64,000 nt of DNA from Deltaproteobacteria bacterium (lineage in GTDB: Bacteria > CG2-30-53-67): positions 1 to 64,000 of the forward strand of contig JAADIO010000016.1 in assembly GCA_013151235.1 (NCBI GenBank), given 5' to 3'. This document shows, one piece after another, positions 62,310 to 64,000 of the stretch. Numbering within the stretch: position 1 is the first letter of the stretch; every line of letters starts with the position of its first letter. The position numbers and the translations under genes were made by a program. Under the pieces are notes generated by a model. It worked only from the letters and a program-made list of their open reading frames with translations, was not told the DNA's origin and did not search any database.

Positions 62310-63245
62310 ATGATTTCGATCGCATTATCATTCCTGGTTTTCCTTGCGGGGTTTCTTACCGGGATTCCGGCGGGGTACTGTGTCCCGCCCGGAGGAGTGA
62401 GACTGCATCTTGATGAACACTACACCGGAGAGATTTCTCCTCCCGTAAAGTCCTTCCATTCAACGGTTCCGGTTGTCGAACGTCAGGGAACAGGCTCAGA
62501 ACTGGATGGGTTTTCCCCGGAATTGCCCGTCCCATTTCATCCGGGTAGGACTCTTCTCGTCCTGGTCGGGATGACACTGTTCACGACCGTTTTTGTCCTG
62601 CGCCGGAAGAGTGCCGAAAAGAAAACTTATACTCAAACGTCATCCGCCATGCATGAGCCGGCGTGCCCGAAAGATCCTTTCCCTGAACGTCCGGACATAC
62701 CGGAGAATTACTTAACCCTTTCCATGATTCGCTGTGATGGCGCGAAAAGAGGGAAGGTTAACCGGGACCGCTTGATGGTTCTTCTGGAATCGGTTCGTGA
62801 TTCTTACGATTATTCCCGGTTGATCTACCGGATGGGAAGGCTCGGAATGAAGGAGGCCCTGCCCCGGATTCTCGGGGAACTGGCCCATCCCGATGCATGC
62901 GTCCGCAGGGCGGCTGCCGCAGCGCTGGTCCATTTGAAAAGTGATGGTGTTGAGGAGCGGATGATCAACATGGCCGGAGGAACCTCTCCCCATGTCCGCA
63001 GAGCGGCCCTGCTCGTCCTTTCCCGCATCGGTTCGGCACGATGTTATGAGGTTGTGCGTCAATCGAACTGGGATTTCGAACCGGAGGTACGAGAGGCTGC
63101 GGCCATTGCCCTGGGGCGGCTGCAGGTTCCCGATGCTGAATTTGATCTGCATCAGATCCTGGGCGATTTTGAAGAGTCGGTCAGAAAGCGGGCGGTCCGG
63201 GCTTCGGAACAGTTCTATGGGAGATTGCAGCAGAAAGGCGGATGA
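62310..63245 (+). CDS. Membrane-anchored HEAT-repeat protein
   Basis: Signal peptide, internal TM followed by RRK, repeats VRRAAAAAL / VRRAALLVL / VREAAAIALG. Confidence 0.8.
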   Translation: MISIALSFLVFLAGFLTGIPAGYCVPPGGVRLHLDEHYTGEISPPVKSFHSTVPVVERQGTGSELDGFSPELPVPFHPGRTLLVLVGMTLFTTVFVLRRKSAEKKTYTQTSSAMHEPACPKDPFPERPDIPENYLTLSMIRCDGAKRGKVNRDRLMVLLESVRDSYDYSRLIYRMGRLGMKEALPRILGELAHPDACVRRAAAAALVHLKSDGVEERMINMAGGTSPHVRRAALLVLSRIGSARCYEVVRQSNWDFEPEVREAAAIALGRLQVPDAEFDLHQILGDFEESVRKRAVRASEQFYGRLQQKGG

Positions 63246-63256
63246 CGGGAGTTCGG

Positions 63257-63406
63257 TTAGCGGCCGGATCGGTTTCCGGAATTCCGGATCTTCCGGAGTC
63301 CCTTCCGCAGCAGGATGATTACGATCCCGCCCAAGACGACGACCCGGGCAATTGTTCGTATCGCCACCCCGAACACCTCCCGATCAAGAATTTGCTCCAA
63401 CGCCAT
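63257..63406 (-). CDS. Small single-TM protein (49 aa), below ORF-track cutoff
   Basis: GGAGG RBS, MALEQILDREVFGVAIRTIARVVVLGGIVIILLRKGLRKIRNSGNRSGR. Confidence 0.6.
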   Translation of the reverse strand: MALEQILDREVFGVAIRTIARVVVLGGIVIILLRKGLRKIRNSGNRSGR

Positions 63407-63438
63407 GTTCCCTCCTTTTGCAGTCTGCCGGAACGGCT

Positions 63439-63789
63439 CTATCGGCGGGCCGGTCCCTCTCGCGGCGTATTGTTCTGAGTACCCTCGTCCCGAACGATTC
63501 CTTCGATCTCAAAGATTTCTCCCCACATGTGAAAACCGACCCGGTCTTTCAAGACCTTTCCCCGGAACCGGACAGGAAGATTGTCTTTCCGGAAGGGAGC
63601 GGGGAGATTGACCGGATCATAGCGCCGGCCATCCTTGCTCACGATCCCGTAGAATCCACCCTCCAGAGAGATATACCGGATCGTCCCCGGGATCATCGTT
63701 TCTTCCCTGGGACAGGCAACCAGGAGAAAGGACAGAAGCCCGAAAAGGATCAGGGTCTTTTTGATGTTGTCGGCAATCATTTCCGGCAA
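63439..63789 (-). CDS. Hypothetical lipoprotein
   Basis: Lipobox LVAC, GTIRYISLEGGFYGI...Y.P.NLP; start uncertain. Confidence 0.75.
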   Translation of the reverse strand: MPEMIADNIKKTLILFGLLSFLLVACPREETMIPGTIRYISLEGGFYGIVSKDGRRYDPVNLPAPFRKDNLPVRFRGKVLKDRVGFHMWGEIFEIEGIVRDEGTQNNTPREGPARR

Positions 63790-64000
63790 TCTCTTTTTCC
63801 TTGATTTTTTCTTCCTGAATCATTCATGATATTTCTTCCATCAATAGCGCGTTCCGGAGTGGAAAGCAAGTTTTTTGCCGGGTCTGTCCCTATACGGAAC
63901 AGATTACGGAGTATCATGACAGGGAAGCGTAAGAATGAATAAACGAAAAAAAGTGGGCAAAAACAATCCCCCTATGTCCCTTGCCGCTCTGAGTCTTGCG

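Overview
About 64 kb of a moderately GC-rich bacterial chromosome; gene content and repeats resemble Desulfobacterota/Nitrospirota-like lineages (inference only). The backbone is housekeeping: polA, hslVU, argBDFG, prmC-prfA-rpmE, guaBA, ileS-lspA-lgt, glmUS, tmk-holB-ricT-metG-tatD, moaA, gpsA, larB, ilvE. An ~8 kb accessory block between the convergent lgt and glmS genes carries a decayed higBA pair, a REP-associated tyrosine transposase (RAYT-like) bounded by inverted REP-like repeats with tandem duplications at both ends, two PEP-CTERM genes behind a sigma-54 promoter, and a stand-alone oxidative-type dsrA-dsrB-dsrL cluster with a perfect CRP/FNR-type box upstream. A second notable block (44.1-54.4 kb) is a PEP-CTERM-type exopolysaccharide export operon whose split Wzc halves bracket an ExeA-like ATPase, an MshEN/receiver protein and a catalytically degenerate PilB/GspE-like protein. 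Several palindromic MITE/REP-like intergenic elements occur, and two different families carry a related 72-97 bp nested insert at the equivalent TTA site. All calls come from reading the sequence and recalled family motifs; no searches were run.
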